Part shown: positions 19,835 through 29,950 of the stretch, piece by piece
Position numbering within the stretch: position 1 is the first letter of the stretch
How the letters are laid out: each line of letters starts with the position of its first letter
IMG/VR virus record: IMGVR_UViG_3300026484_000007
Span: 124,001 to 188,000 of that record
Strand: one strand, 5' to 3'
DNA: 64,000 nucleotides
The notes under the pieces: model-generated
Database searches by the model: none
The model's input: only the letters and a program-made list of their open reading frames with translations
What the model was told of the DNA's origin: nothing
Made by a program: the position numbers and the translations under genes

Positions 19835-20843
19835 ATAATCCTCCTTGTTTTAAAAGATCTTCCATAGCTACTGCTAAAGATCTGATCTCTTTTTGCGCAG
19901 AACTTTTCGTTCTTAAATTTAAATAATTATCAATTCCATCTGGATACCAAGCGTTCCAAATTGTAGTATAAATACTAACTGGAAGAACATCTCTTGCTTC
20001 CTGCGTTGGTACTTTATCAGCAGTCAATGTTTGATAAAGCTTTATGTCGTCTTGAATTTTTTCAATAACCTTTTCATTATTTAATTTTTCGGTTAATCTA
20101 AATTCAATTGAAACTTTTTCTCCAGAAGTATATCTTCTAGATAATTCTTGCCACATTGATCTTCTATGTCTTTCATCTTGTCTAGCGTCTCTTATAGTTA
20201 TTTTTTTTCTAAATACAAAAAAGTTTTTCTTAATAAGATCTAATTCAGATTCATTATTATACCAAAAATCACTTTCGATATTTAATTTATCTTTTTCTAA
20301 AGTCAAAAATGCTACTCGATGTTCTTGATTAAATTTTTCAATAAAATTCAAATCATACATCAATGCTCTAAGATTCGTGATACTATTATTAAAATCAATA
20401 TTGTATCCATAGCGGATAGTATTTGGTATTAAATCCGTTTTTTCTTTATTAAAGAATATTGAAGCTTTCTTTTGAAATTCTTCAATATTTCCATCCACAT
20501 CTTGAATCATTTTATTAAAAATAACGTTTTTGATTTCGCTAAAGCATAATTCAATAAATTCTTTTTTTTCTTGATTTAAAAGAACTGGTACGAATTCAAA
20601 ACTTGAACTTGGAAGACCAATACTTTCTCTTGATAATTTATCAAATAATTTAAAGTTAGGTTTAAGACCTTCGTTTCCATAGCAAACGCTCGCTACTTTA
20701 CTCACTGCTTGAACTCTTTCTTCTTGCGAAAGATTCCCTCTTGAGAAATCCCAAAGTTCAACGAACCCTGGAGTTTCACTATTGTAATAACCTTCTTCTT
20801 CTAAAAAAAGATCTTTTTTAGATACTAATTGTATACTTTCCAT
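19803..20843 (-). CDS. thyX: FAD-dependent thymidylate synthase
   Basis: RHR...QELSRRY, ARDVLP, LRTKSSAQKEIR. Confidence 0.88.
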   Translation of the reverse strand: MESIQLVSKKDLFLEEEGYYNSETPGFVELWDFSRGNLSQEERVQAVSKVASVCYGNEGLKPNFKLFDKLSRESIGLPSSSFEFVPVLLNQEKKEFIELCFSEIKNVIFNKMIQDVDGNIEEFQKKASIFFNKEKTDLIPNTIRYGYNIDFNNSITNLRALMYDLNFIEKFNQEHRVAFLTLEKDKLNIESDFWYNNESELDLIKKNFFVFRKKITIRDARQDERHRRSMWQELSRRYTSGEKVSIEFRLTEKLNNEKVIEKIQDDIKLYQTLTADKVPTQEARDVLPVSIYTTIWNAWYPDGIDNYLNLRTKSSAQKEIRSLAVAMEDLLKQGGLYESNKSSERK

Positions 20844-20862
20844 CGTTTCTCCTTTTTTAATT

Positions 20863-21879
20863 TTAATTTAATTTAATTTTTACTAAATCAATTGCTTGAT
20901 CTATATCTTCGTCGGTCGCTTCAAATTGATCTTTTAAAGATATTTTTAACTTCTCAAGAATTTCTTGATCAGTAAATTCTTCATCATTTATAAGATCTTT
21001 GCTAGAAAATCTTTTAAAGAAATCAAAAGTTTCTTTTTGAATTTCTTTGAATATTTCAATTTCTTTAGGATCAAAAGCCTCTAAATATTTTTTATGAGGA
21101 ACTTGAATATGTTCAAATTCCAAAGTCTCCGTATCCAAAATAACAACCTCTGGAGTATGATTATCCATTTGAGTTTCATAATCTCTTACAACCCTCCATA
21201 GATTCCAAGGGTTGATAAATAAAATATCATTGAAATAATCCGTAGGATATCCCAAGTGATAATGCCCGCAAATAATAACTTTTACATCATTTTCATGCGC
21301 CCATACTGATAATTCATCATAAGTAAATTCAGTTACTCTTGTTTTATCAGGAGTAATATTTTGATGAAAAACAGCGATCTTTAAAAGATCATTTGTAGTT
21401 CTATACCAAGAACCACAATCTTTTAAAAATAATTTCTTATCTTGAGGACTCTCGATATGTCTATAATCGAATCCTACTATTTCTGCGACAGGCTCTCCTA
21501 ATTCTTCATCGAATAAAGGATAGCCGCAATGATTTATATGAATAATTAAATCATCGTTTACTAATTCTTCAAAAATCGAATCTTTAATAGATTCTCTACC
21601 TTCCAACATATCATGATTACCAGCTGGACTAATTTCTTTTAATCCAGCCTGCTGATACATTAAACTAATTTTTTTATTAGCAATAAATTGCTTAAAAGAC
21701 CAATCTTTTTGCACATCAAAAAGATCTCCGGTAGATACTTTGTATTTAATACCTTTGTCTTTCATTAGATTAATAATAAATTGATGTTTATTAATCATAT
21801 CTTTTTCCCAACCTGGTTTTCTATATTTATCACGAAAACCAAGTCTTCTGTGTTCATCTTTAGTAATTAAAATTTTCAT
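20863..21879 (-). CDS. SbcD/Mre11-like metallophosphoesterase nuclease
   Basis: DEH, GDLFD, GNHD, GHYH. Confidence 0.85.
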   Translation of the reverse strand: MKILITKDEHRRLGFRDKYRKPGWEKDMINKHQFIINLMKDKGIKYKVSTGDLFDVQKDWSFKQFIANKKISLMYQQAGLKEISPAGNHDMLEGRESIKDSIFEELVNDDLIIHINHCGYPLFDEELGEPVAEIVGFDYRHIESPQDKKLFLKDCGSWYRTTNDLLKIAVFHQNITPDKTRVTEFTYDELSVWAHENDVKVIICGHYHLGYPTDYFNDILFINPWNLWRVVRDYETQMDNHTPEVVILDTETLEFEHIQVPHKKYLEAFDPKEIEIFKEIQKETFDFFKRFSSKDLINDEEFTDQEILEKLKISLKDQFEATDEDIDQAIDLVKIKLN

Positions 21880-22094
21880 TTTACCACCACCTTTAATCTA
21901 AGTTTAATTATTCCTTCTTTTTCTTGCGAAAAATCTTGCGCAAAATCAAGAATATCTATAATATTAAACATCTGAATATGCTTAATTAATTTTTCAAAAT
22001 TAATCCCTAAATTTTCTTCTGACGAAATTAAATAATTTTGGTATTCTTCTTTATTAAGTACTATAAATAAATCTTTAACTTCTCTAACTTCCAT
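21876..22094 (-). CDS. hypothetical protein
   Basis: 72-aa ORF with SD. Confidence 0.6.
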   Translation of the reverse strand: MEVREVKDLFIVLNKEEYQNYLISSEENLGINFEKLIKHIQMFNIIDILDFAQDFSQEKEGIIKLRLKVVVK

Positions 22095-22112
22095 TTTAAC
22101 CTCCTTAAATTT

Positions 22113-22673
22113 TTAGATTTTTAATTTTTTGAACTTTTTCGATTTTTTTAATTTTTTTAATTCGAAAAGTTCTGGATTATTAATTAAATGATATTCTGTT
22201 TTTATCAATTTCATGTTCTCATGTAACAATGTCCATCTTTCTTTCTCATGATATCTCCAAATTCTTTCATAATTCCCAAGATCTCTAGAAATAAACATGA
22301 GATCATCGAAAGTACCACCTTCGATTATTAAAGGAACATATTCTCCATTTTCTATAAATAAATTTGCTCTAAATAAAGATACATCTGAAAATGTTTCAAT
22401 TAATTTTTTAGAAAACTCATCGCAACTATCATAAGCAGATGTTAGAAAATAAAATCTTCTTTCAATTCCTCGGGCAAAATCCGACCAAAATTTTTCAAAT
22501 CGTTCTTTTGATATTAAAATCTTTGGATTTTCTCTAACAAGAAAATCCATAAAACCATCGTTATTATAAAAATCAGTTTTATAATGCTTTACATCAATTA
22601 ACATTAATTGTGAAATGAAATCTAAAGCTTTTCTATGTTCGTGAACCATTATTCCGCTCATTATTCTGCTCAT
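22113..22673 (-). CDS. hypothetical protein, C-terminus KKLKI
   Basis: 186-aa ORF with SD. Confidence 0.7.
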   Translation of the reverse strand: MSRIMSGIMVHEHRKALDFISQLMLIDVKHYKTDFYNNDGFMDFLVRENPKILISKERFEKFWSDFARGIERRFYFLTSAYDSCDEFSKKLIETFSDVSLFRANLFIENGEYVPLIIEGGTFDDLMFISRDLGNYERIWRYHEKERWTLLHENMKLIKTEYHLINNPELFELKKLKKSKKFKKLKI

Positions 22674-22690
22674 TATTCCTCCTTTAATTT

Positions 22691-23356
22691 TTAAATTTTA
22701 TATTTTTTGATTTTTTTAACGTTTTTTTTCTTTCGAGTGTTTTTCATTGAAGGATATTTATCTTCAAAACCTTTAAAAAAGTCTTCCATTTTTAAATAAA
22801 GTAAAACGTCAGGTGACTCAATAAAATAATATGGAAAAGAAAGTCCATCTTCGATTATTCTTATCACATCCCTATCTTCATCCGACCAATAAAATTTTAT
22901 ATCAAAATCACCATAACCACGTCGTCCAAGATCATTTCTTAAATAAATTACTACTCGACTTCTATCGTTATTTTTGATTTTATTGAAAGCTTCTTTTAAA
23001 ATAAAATACAAAAAAGGTTTTCTTTCTTCATCATCTAATCTATATGTATCAAAATGAGTATCATCCGAAACCGACCATCTAAGATCAGTTGAAAAAAAAT
23101 ATTTAATGAAATATCTTAAATCATTTTCATCTTTAATAATTAAAGAAATTTCTAAGTTCTTTGGTTCTATAGTTTCATGTCTAAAATTTAAATTATACTT
23201 CGCAGCATAAATATATTTTTCCTGATTATAAAAAGTTTTTAATGATTCATAAATTTTTCTTCTTTGAAAATTTCTTGAATTCATTGAATACAAAAAACTT
23301 TCTAATTCATCTGGATTTGCGAATAATCCAAAATTTAATTTTTCTATACTTTCCAT
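22691..23356 (-). CDS. hypothetical protein, C-terminus KKYKI
   Basis: 221-aa ORF with SD. Confidence 0.7.
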   Translation of the reverse strand: MESIEKLNFGLFANPDELESFLYSMNSRNFQRRKIYESLKTFYNQEKYIYAAKYNLNFRHETIEPKNLEISLIIKDENDLRYFIKYFFSTDLRWSVSDDTHFDTYRLDDEERKPFLYFILKEAFNKIKNNDRSRVVIYLRNDLGRRGYGDFDIKFYWSDEDRDVIRIIEDGLSFPYYFIESPDVLLYLKMEDFFKGFEDKYPSMKNTRKKKNVKKIKKYKI

Positions 23357-23604
23357 TATTTCTCCTTTTTTAAATTTTTATGAAATTCGTCAATATGCAT
23401 TCGGTAAAAGGCTATTAAATTTAAGACAATTCCAATTGTTATACTAAAGAATCCAAACCATGAATTGCTTAAAAAAGCCATAGCTACCCAACATAAATCT
23501 GCGAAAAAATATGCTAAAGTTGAATAATAAATTCTACCGGTGCTTATAAAAAAAGCACCAATGATTAAAAATATTCCTCCAAGAATGCTCGCAATTTCAA
23601 ACAC
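23356..23604 (-). CDS. small 3-TM membrane protein
   Basis: Three hydrophobic helices. Confidence 0.65.
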   Translation of the reverse strand: MFEIASILGGIFLIIGAFFISTGRIYYSTLAYFFADLCWVAMAFLSNSWFGFFSITIGIVLNLIAFYRMHIDEFHKNLKKEK

Positions 23605-23606
23605 TT

Positions 23607-23912
23607 TTATCTCCTTTTTGATCTTTTAAAGATCTTTTTACCATTTCTATCATACTCGTTCAAATCAACGATTATGATTTCGTCTGCCAATCTTAATAAG
23701 AATAATATTCCTATTAAAAAATTTAAAAACGGGATAAATATTAAAACAATTTCCCATAAATTAAATAACTGAGGAACTATGTCTACCAAAGTTAATTTGG
23801 TTTTTCCCATTTTTCTATAATGATTTATAATCTCTCTTTTGAATTTTCCCCATTGCATTAACCATAGCGCTCCAGAAAAAATTACTCCTACAATATAAAT
23901 TATCCAAAACAT
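23607..23912 (-). CDS. membrane protein (IFxPxxN family)
   Basis: Two TM segments, IFIPFLN. Confidence 0.65.
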   Translation of the reverse strand: MFWIIYIVGVIFSGALWLMQWGKFKREIINHYRKMGKTKLTLVDIVPQLFNLWEIVLIFIPFLNFLIGILFLLRLADEIIIVDLNEYDRNGKKIFKRSKRR

Positions 23913-23946
23913 TCTTTCTCCTTTTTACTTTTTAAATTTTTTTCTT

Positions 23947-24080
23947 TGAAAAACTGAGATCCTAAAACGTTGCGCTTCATTAGATACACAAAGATATATA
24001 GCAGTTCTAAAATTTTTAGAACTGCTTTTATATCGCTTGTATCTATTTTAGATGCTACATTGAAAATCAAAGTTTTCAAA
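23947..24080. repeat. ~130-bp imperfect palindrome, copy 2
   Basis: Near-identical to 13971-14104, with the same flanking motif and terminator. Confidence 0.85.
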
Positions 24081-24470
24081 AGTTTTTCTATGGATTTTTT
24101 CTAACGACAAAAAAAGTGATCCAAAGAGGATCAGTTTTTACATTTCCAGTTAATTTCGGAATTTAATTTTTTTAAAATTTTTTTAAATTTTTTAAATTTA
24201 ATTCCGTATTTTTTACAGATCTTTTTTAGATCTTTTTTAGATACATTTTTCATTTTTTCTCCTTTTTAAAATTTATTAAATTTATTAAAATTTATTATTT
24301 AGATTTACTTATATTGAATTCAAAATGCGGATTTGAAATGTAAAATATTTTATATTCCTTTTTTGGAAAAACATTTACCATTCGATAAATTCCAGAAATA
24401 TATCCTACGCCAAAACTTAAAATTATAATCAACGCAATTCTTATGACTAACTTTTGATTTTCATTTAGAT

Positions 24471-24779
24471 TCATGTATTTTTCTCCTTTACAATTTCGAC
24501 ATCTCTTACATAATCTGTACTTAAAAGGATCTTTTTAAGATCCTTAAAGTTTTCTTCGTTGATTTTTTGATTTTCGATATACATATAATCTTCCCCATAA
24601 AAATACGAAATATCTTCATCCTTTAATTTCGTATCTAAAAAAGATTCGACATGGACGATGATAGTTTTTTTTAAATCTTCATTATCCAATTCAAAAGAAA
24701 ATTCGTCAAAAATTCCTTCTTCTTCATCTTCAATATAGTCAAAATAACTTATACCATTTAAATGTAATTTTATTTTCAT
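24471..24779 (-). CDS. acidic hypothetical protein
   Basis: 102-aa ORF with SD. Confidence 0.65.
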   Translation of the reverse strand: MKIKLHLNGISYFDYIEDEEEGIFDEFSFELDNEDLKKTIIVHVESFLDTKLKDEDISYFYGEDYMYIENQKINEENFKDLKKILLSTDYVRDVEIVKEKNT

Positions 24780-24804
24780 TCTAACTCCTTTTTAAATTTT
24801 ATTT

Positions 24805-25941
24805 TTAAATTTTATAATAACTACACCCTTCGCCACATGCATGACACATCTTAGTTCTGGCCGCAAAATCAATTGATCTTGGAGAGAACCATACTTTTTT
24901 CAAGAAATCAATTTCATCATTGATATCTTCAAAAATATTCCACGGCCTCCCATCTTTTTCATCCCAAGCTTCTTTTTCCATAAAAGAACATGGATAGATT
25001 AAACCTCTTTCATTTATATAAATACTTTGCTGAAAACTTTCGCAAGGTTCAGACATATCTATATACAACTTAAGATCTTCATCTGATAATTTTTCTTGTT
25101 TATTTAAATTCTTTAAAGAATTAATAAATTTTATTGCGCTGCAACTATCGAATCCAAAAGGGATCTGTTGATTAAAACATTTTTCAATAACCTCTTGAAA
25201 TTCTTGCTGAGAACAACCATTGTAGTGCACGCCTCTTCCTTTTTGCTTTAAAGAAAGAAAAACGACTGCGTTTAACTTTTTCAATCTTGGATCATTCTTA
25301 ATATCATTTATTAAATCATCTATTAATGGATACGTTTCTTTCGAAAGCATAAAATGAATATTAACTTGATCTAATCCAGCTTCAGTTAAATATTTTACCG
25401 AATTTAAACATAAATCTTTTCCAGCATGTGGGTAATAACTTACAGCTACTGCTCCACAAATTTTAGCTAATTTTTTTGCAGTTTCTTTATTAATATCTGC
25501 AACTGTAATATTTGGAATGACGCCTTGTTCTCTTGTATATTCCATAATTTTAAAAATATCTGGATTCAAAGAAAGATCTGCATCAGCTCCAAATGCTATT
25601 TGAGTTAAAGTTTTTGGAAGTTTTTCAAATAACTCTTTGTATTCTTCAAATGACATATAATGACCTTTCGGTGTATTTGATTTATAGCAAAAATTGCATA
25701 ATTTTCCTCCTGGTCCTTTACACATGTTAAGTACTTCGATATCAGCTATTACTGGTCCAGGTGCTCTACCTGGATCCTGTTCTTGAGTTTCACCCCATTG
25801 AGCCATAAATCCAGTTTTTTTATTAAAATGATAATTATAGTTTTTGGATCTAAGAACTTTCTCTTTTCCATTTTCTATAATTTTAAACATTCCATAATCT
25901 AAAATTCCAAATGTTTCAAAAGCGTCCATTTTCGTTTTCAT
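24805..25941 (-). CDS. radical SAM protein with SPASM/twitch-like C-terminus
   Basis: CKGPGGKLCNFCY, CES...IYPCSF, CHAC..GC. Confidence 0.85.
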   Translation of the reverse strand: MKTKMDAFETFGILDYGMFKIIENGKEKVLRSKNYNYHFNKKTGFMAQWGETQEQDPGRAPGPVIADIEVLNMCKGPGGKLCNFCYKSNTPKGHYMSFEEYKELFEKLPKTLTQIAFGADADLSLNPDIFKIMEYTREQGVIPNITVADINKETAKKLAKICGAVAVSYYPHAGKDLCLNSVKYLTEAGLDQVNIHFMLSKETYPLIDDLINDIKNDPRLKKLNAVVFLSLKQKGRGVHYNGCSQQEFQEVIEKCFNQQIPFGFDSCSAIKFINSLKNLNKQEKLSDEDLKLYIDMSEPCESFQQSIYINERGLIYPCSFMEKEAWDEKDGRPWNIFEDINDEIDFLKKVWFSPRSIDFAARTKMCHACGEGCSYYKI

Positions 25942-25950
25942 TTTTCCTCC

Positions 25951-26484
25951 TTAAATTTTTAATCTTTTTTTATGAGTATATTGAGCATATTGAGTCCTCT
26001 GTTTATTTTCAAAACCATTATTAATATCAAAAATACTTTCGCAACTTTTAATATTAATCAATTTAAAATTATTTTTGCCTAATCGCCAACGGTATTCCAC
26101 CCCACAATAATCGGATACATCAAATTTTTTTATAGTCGAATTTGATTGTCCAGCTTCAGTTTGTAATAATTTACCAAGAACTGTTATAAAAGCTAAATTA
26201 TCCGACAAAATAATTTTTTCTTTAAATTCTGGATGAATAAATTTTAAAGTATAATGATGGATAAGATTATTTATCTCATCGTAGTTCGAAATTTTTTCAT
26301 TGAATAATAAATAGTATACTTCTTGATTTTTTAATAAAAATTTCATATTGGCGAATTCGCTAGTAAGATTAAATCGACTATCGTCTAAAAATATATACCG
26401 TGCTCGAAAAATTTTAGGATAATTTAATTTTAAATCTTTACAGGTTTTGATTATTAACATTCGAATTAATTTATTCTTTAACAT
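25951..26484 (-). CDS. tandem paralog 1 of 3, hypothetical
   Basis: Shares FLLKNQEVYY, HYTL, LGKLLQ and C-terminal KRLKI with its neighbours. Confidence 0.8.
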   Translation of the reverse strand: MLKNKLIRMLIIKTCKDLKLNYPKIFRARYIFLDDSRFNLTSEFANMKFLLKNQEVYYLLFNEKISNYDEINNLIHHYTLKFIHPEFKEKIILSDNLAFITVLGKLLQTEAGQSNSTIKKFDVSDYCGVEYRWRLGKNNFKLINIKSCESIFDINNGFENKQRTQYAQYTHKKRLKI

Positions 26485-26493
26485 TTTTCCTCC

Positions 26494-27033
26494 TTAGATT
26501 TTTAATCTTTTTCGGTAAACTTGCTTTAATTTACTTAAACGAGATTCATTTTTAAAAGCATCAATATTTTTTGCATCAAAAATATTTGGACCAAGTTTAA
26601 TATTATCTAAATAAAAATTATCTCTTCCTAACCACCAACGGTATTCGATGCTGCAATAATCATCCACGTCAAAATTTTTTATAATTGAATTTGATCGTCT
26701 AGCTTCCTTCTGTAGTAATCTACCAAGAGTAGTTATAAATAACGGACTATCCGATAAAATGATTCTTTCCTTAAAGTCTGGTTTAATGAATCTTAAAGTA
26801 TAATGATTAGCGAGATCATTGATCTTTTCAATATTAAAAATTTTTTTATTGAATAATATATAATATACTTCTTGATTTTTTAATAAAAAATCCATCGTGG
26901 AACGCTCGCCTATAAGATTAAATTGATAATCATCTACGAACTTATAATCTGCTTGAATAATTTTTGGATAGTTCGTTTTTAAATCTTCGCAAGCTTGAAT
27001 TACCAACCTTCGAATTGAGCTATTCTTTAGCAT
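26494..27033 (-). CDS. tandem paralog 2 of 3, hypothetical
   Basis: Same shared blocks as paralog 1. Confidence 0.8.
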   Translation of the reverse strand: MLKNSSIRRLVIQACEDLKTNYPKIIQADYKFVDDYQFNLIGERSTMDFLLKNQEVYYILFNKKIFNIEKINDLANHYTLRFIKPDFKERIILSDSPLFITTLGRLLQKEARRSNSIIKNFDVDDYCSIEYRWWLGRDNFYLDNIKLGPNIFDAKNIDAFKNESRLSKLKQVYRKRLKI

Positions 27034-27042
27034 ATCTCCTCC

Positions 27043-27591
27043 TTAAATTTTTAATCTTTTTTTATATACACGTCTCGAATTATTTGAGCCACTTAAATCA
27101 TACATATTTTTAAAAGTGTTGATATTATTATTAAGATTATCTGAACATGAAATAATATTATTTAATTTAAAATTTCCATTTCCTTTTAACCACCAAAAAT
27201 ATTCATTATACGAATTACAATGAACATCAAATTTTTTTATAATCGAATTTGATCGTCTGGCTTCAGTTTGCAATAATTTACCAAGAGCTGTTAGGAACTT
27301 AAAATTATTTGATAAAATAATTTTTTCATTGAAGTCTGGATAAATGAATCTTAAAGTATAATGATCTCTAAGATTATTTATCTCATTAAAATCTACGATA
27401 TTTTTATCGAATAATAAATAGTATACTTCTTGATTTTTTAATAAAAATTTCATATTAGCTCGAAGGTCGGTAAGATTAAATAAAGAATCATCTAAAAATA
27501 TATACTGTGCTCGAAAAATTTTAGGATAATTTAATTCTGAATCTTCGCAAGCTTCGGTTGCTAACATTTTAACTAAACTGTTATTTAACAT
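27043..27591 (-). CDS. tandem paralog 3 of 3, hypothetical
   Basis: Same shared blocks as paralog 1; SD-preceded ATG at 27591. Confidence 0.8.
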   Translation of the reverse strand: MLNNSLVKMLATEACEDSELNYPKIFRAQYIFLDDSLFNLTDLRANMKFLLKNQEVYYLLFDKNIVDFNEINNLRDHYTLRFIYPDFNEKIILSNNFKFLTALGKLLQTEARRSNSIIKKFDVHCNSYNEYFWWLKGNGNFKLNNIISCSDNLNNNINTFKNMYDLSGSNNSRRVYKKRLKI

Positions 27592-27631
27592 TTTTCCTCC
27601 TTTTATGATCATGATCTAAAAAAGATCACTT

Positions 27632-27898
27632 TTAATTTTTAGTAATTTCAATAATTACTTTATTATCGATAATATTAGCATCATAGATATCGTCCATATT
27701 AAATAAATCTTTTCTGTATTTAGATCTAAGATACAATACTTGTTTGTATTTGTCTTTAGATCTTTTTAAATTATACGATACGATTACGTAATGTTTTAAA
27801 AACATTTTTTCAGCATTATGCAATGACTCGCTGAAATCACAATAATCATCATATTCATTTTTAATAATTCCGTATTTATTATAAATTTTTACTCTCAT
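27632..27898 (-). CDS. hypothetical protein
   Basis: 88-aa ORF with SD. Confidence 0.6.
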   Translation of the reverse strand: MRVKIYNKYGIIKNEYDDYCDFSESLHNAEKMFLKHYVIVSYNLKRSKDKYKQVLYLRSKYRKDLFNMDDIYDANIIDNKVIIEITKN

Positions 27899-27909
27899 TT
27901 TTTCTCCTT

Positions 27910-28323
27910 TTATATTTTTAATTTTTTATTTTTTCGAATTTTGATTTTATCGTTAGGATTAAAAACGATAATTTTATCAGGTTTCTTAACTTCATCAATT
28001 ACTTCTAACCACTTGCTATTAATTTTAAACCACTTGGTTGTGTTAAAATTAAAAACTTTTCTATTAAAAGAAAATGCATCTATAATCCAATCTTTTGGAT
28101 TTTTAGCATCAAAATAATAAGACTTGTATAAACCAATATAGTCCCGAACAAAAGAGATCGGAGCTTTTCTTATCTTAATATTTTTTATACGCTTACGAAC
28201 AACATCGTCGTAAAAATTAATAAAAGCCCGTGTCTGGCTTTGGGTGGTATCGATATAAGATATAAATTCATATATATCAATACCGTATCCTTTTAAAAAA
28301 TTTTCAAAAGAAATCGTTTTCAT
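27910..28323 (-). CDS. hypothetical protein, C-terminus KKLKI
   Basis: 137-aa ORF with SD. Confidence 0.65.
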   Translation of the reverse strand: MKTISFENFLKGYGIDIYEFISYIDTTQSQTRAFINFYDDVVRKRIKNIKIRKAPISFVRDYIGLYKSYYFDAKNPKDWIIDAFSFNRKVFNFNTTKWFKINSKWLEVIDEVKKPDKIIVFNPNDKIKIRKNKKLKI

Positions 28324-29888
28324 TCTTCCTCCTTTAATTTTTTAACGCTTTCTTCGATTTCAATGATCGTTTGAAGATCATCAGCTTTGACTTTATCATC
28401 CCTAATTTTAATGAATCTCGGATGTAATAAAGAATAAGAATCATCTATTTTATTTTTACTAAGACCATTGCATTTAACAGTTATGATCTTATTAAGATAC
28501 TTATCTTTATTTTCCCAAATTTCAAATCTAAGATCTTCAGTGATCCCACTTGGATCTGCTTTTACTAAACCATCTTCTGATTCCGTAATAAATGCCCCGA
28601 GAGCATTTTCAAATTTAGTCCCTGGAGTTCCTTGTTTGAATCCGACAATTTTCATTTCGCATTCAAACTCCATTTTTAATTTTACTTGATAAACTGGCTT
28701 TCCATCTTTCCATTTTTCTTCACCAGCTTTCACAATAATACCTTCTCCATTCTGAGAAAGAATTTCTGAAAAATGATTAGAAATATTAGAAAGAATAGTA
28801 TCAGGATCGCAAAAGCATTTAATTAAAAACTTCAGATCATCAATTATTAAATTTATATAATCTTGATCGAAGTCGTATCTTTCTAAGATACTTTTTGATC
28901 TATTATTAAAATAGATCTTTGTAGGAACCATTTTAAATATTTTTGATGCAAGTCCAGTTGGACTCGTCTCTCCAAATAATAAATGAAATCTTTGGAAATA
29001 CATCATTCCTTGATTTTGAAAATCCCAAATCCAATATTGGAATTTTTCTAAAAGATCTTCATAAGATACTTCTGCAGTATCTTCAATGATTTCTAAAGCT
29101 TTTTTAGCTTTCTTTTCGTCTTCTTTTTCTAAGTATTCTTCGTACTTGAATATTCTAGTCAGAAGACCGTTTGAAGTATATCTATCGTATCCTTCTAAAA
29201 GAAGTTCCCCGTTAAAAATAATAGAATCTGGGAAATAAAATTCTTTTTTGAATTCTTCGATTTCTTCTTTTATTTTATCGATGATCTTTTTAGGAACCTT
29301 TTGCTCCTTATTTTTTCTTGAAAGAAAAGTAATATGATCATCTTCAATAATAAGATTACTATATTCCCCATCCATTTTTTCTTGTGAGAAAATAAAATAG
29401 TTTTGATTAATAATTTTTTGGATCTTTTTAGGATCATAAGGGACTGCCCCCATATATCCGACAGTAATAATTAAATCTGGAAAAACCTCTTGAATCATTT
29501 TTAGATTCACTCCACATTTAAGATCTTTTTGGATTACTAATTTCAATACCTCTTGATCTTTTTTTCTAAGATTACCTAATAAGGATGCAACGAAATTTGT
29601 TGCAGCATGACCTCTAACTTTTCTTTTTACTAGCATCTCTTCGAGATCATTTAAAGCTCTCGATAAAGATAAATACTCAAAACTCATCTTACCATATTCT
29701 TCTGGATAATTAGGCTCTGGAATTTTTTTAATTCCAAATACATAAGAAGAATCGTAAGTAAATTTTAATACTTTTTTAAATTCTTCTACGTCTTCGTATC
29801 TTTTTAAGATCTCTTTTTTCTTATTAAGAGATGTTGTTGATCTTAATTCTTCAATAATAGCATAAATGTCATAATTATAGATATTCAT
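28320..29888 (-). CDS. ATP-dependent DNA ligase
   Basis: EKMDG, FNGEL, EGIIVK, SLLHPRF...RDDK; start at the SD-preceded ATG 29888. Confidence 0.92.
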   Translation of the reverse strand: MNIYNYDIYAIIEELRSTTSLNKKKEILKRYEDVEEFKKVLKFTYDSSYVFGIKKIPEPNYPEEYGKMSFEYLSLSRALNDLEEMLVKRKVRGHAATNFVASLLGNLRKKDQEVLKLVIQKDLKCGVNLKMIQEVFPDLIITVGYMGAVPYDPKKIQKIINQNYFIFSQEKMDGEYSNLIIEDDHITFLSRKNKEQKVPKKIIDKIKEEIEEFKKEFYFPDSIIFNGELLLEGYDRYTSNGLLTRIFKYEEYLEKEDEKKAKKALEIIEDTAEVSYEDLLEKFQYWIWDFQNQGMMYFQRFHLLFGETSPTGLASKIFKMVPTKIYFNNRSKSILERYDFDQDYINLIIDDLKFLIKCFCDPDTILSNISNHFSEILSQNGEGIIVKAGEEKWKDGKPVYQVKLKMEFECEMKIVGFKQGTPGTKFENALGAFITESEDGLVKADPSGITEDLRFEIWENKDKYLNKIITVKCNGLSKNKIDDSYSLLHPRFIKIRDDKVKADDLQTIIEIEESVKKLKEEE

Positions 29889-29905
29889 AGTCTTTTTCCT
29901 CCTGT

Positions 29906-29950
29906 TTAAATTATTTAAATTATTTAAATTATTTAAATTATTTAAATTAT
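29906..29950. repeat. 9-bp tandem repeat (TTTAAATTA), about 5 copies
   Basis: Seen directly; produces the spurious NLN-repeat N-terminus of the ligase ORF. Confidence 0.8.
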
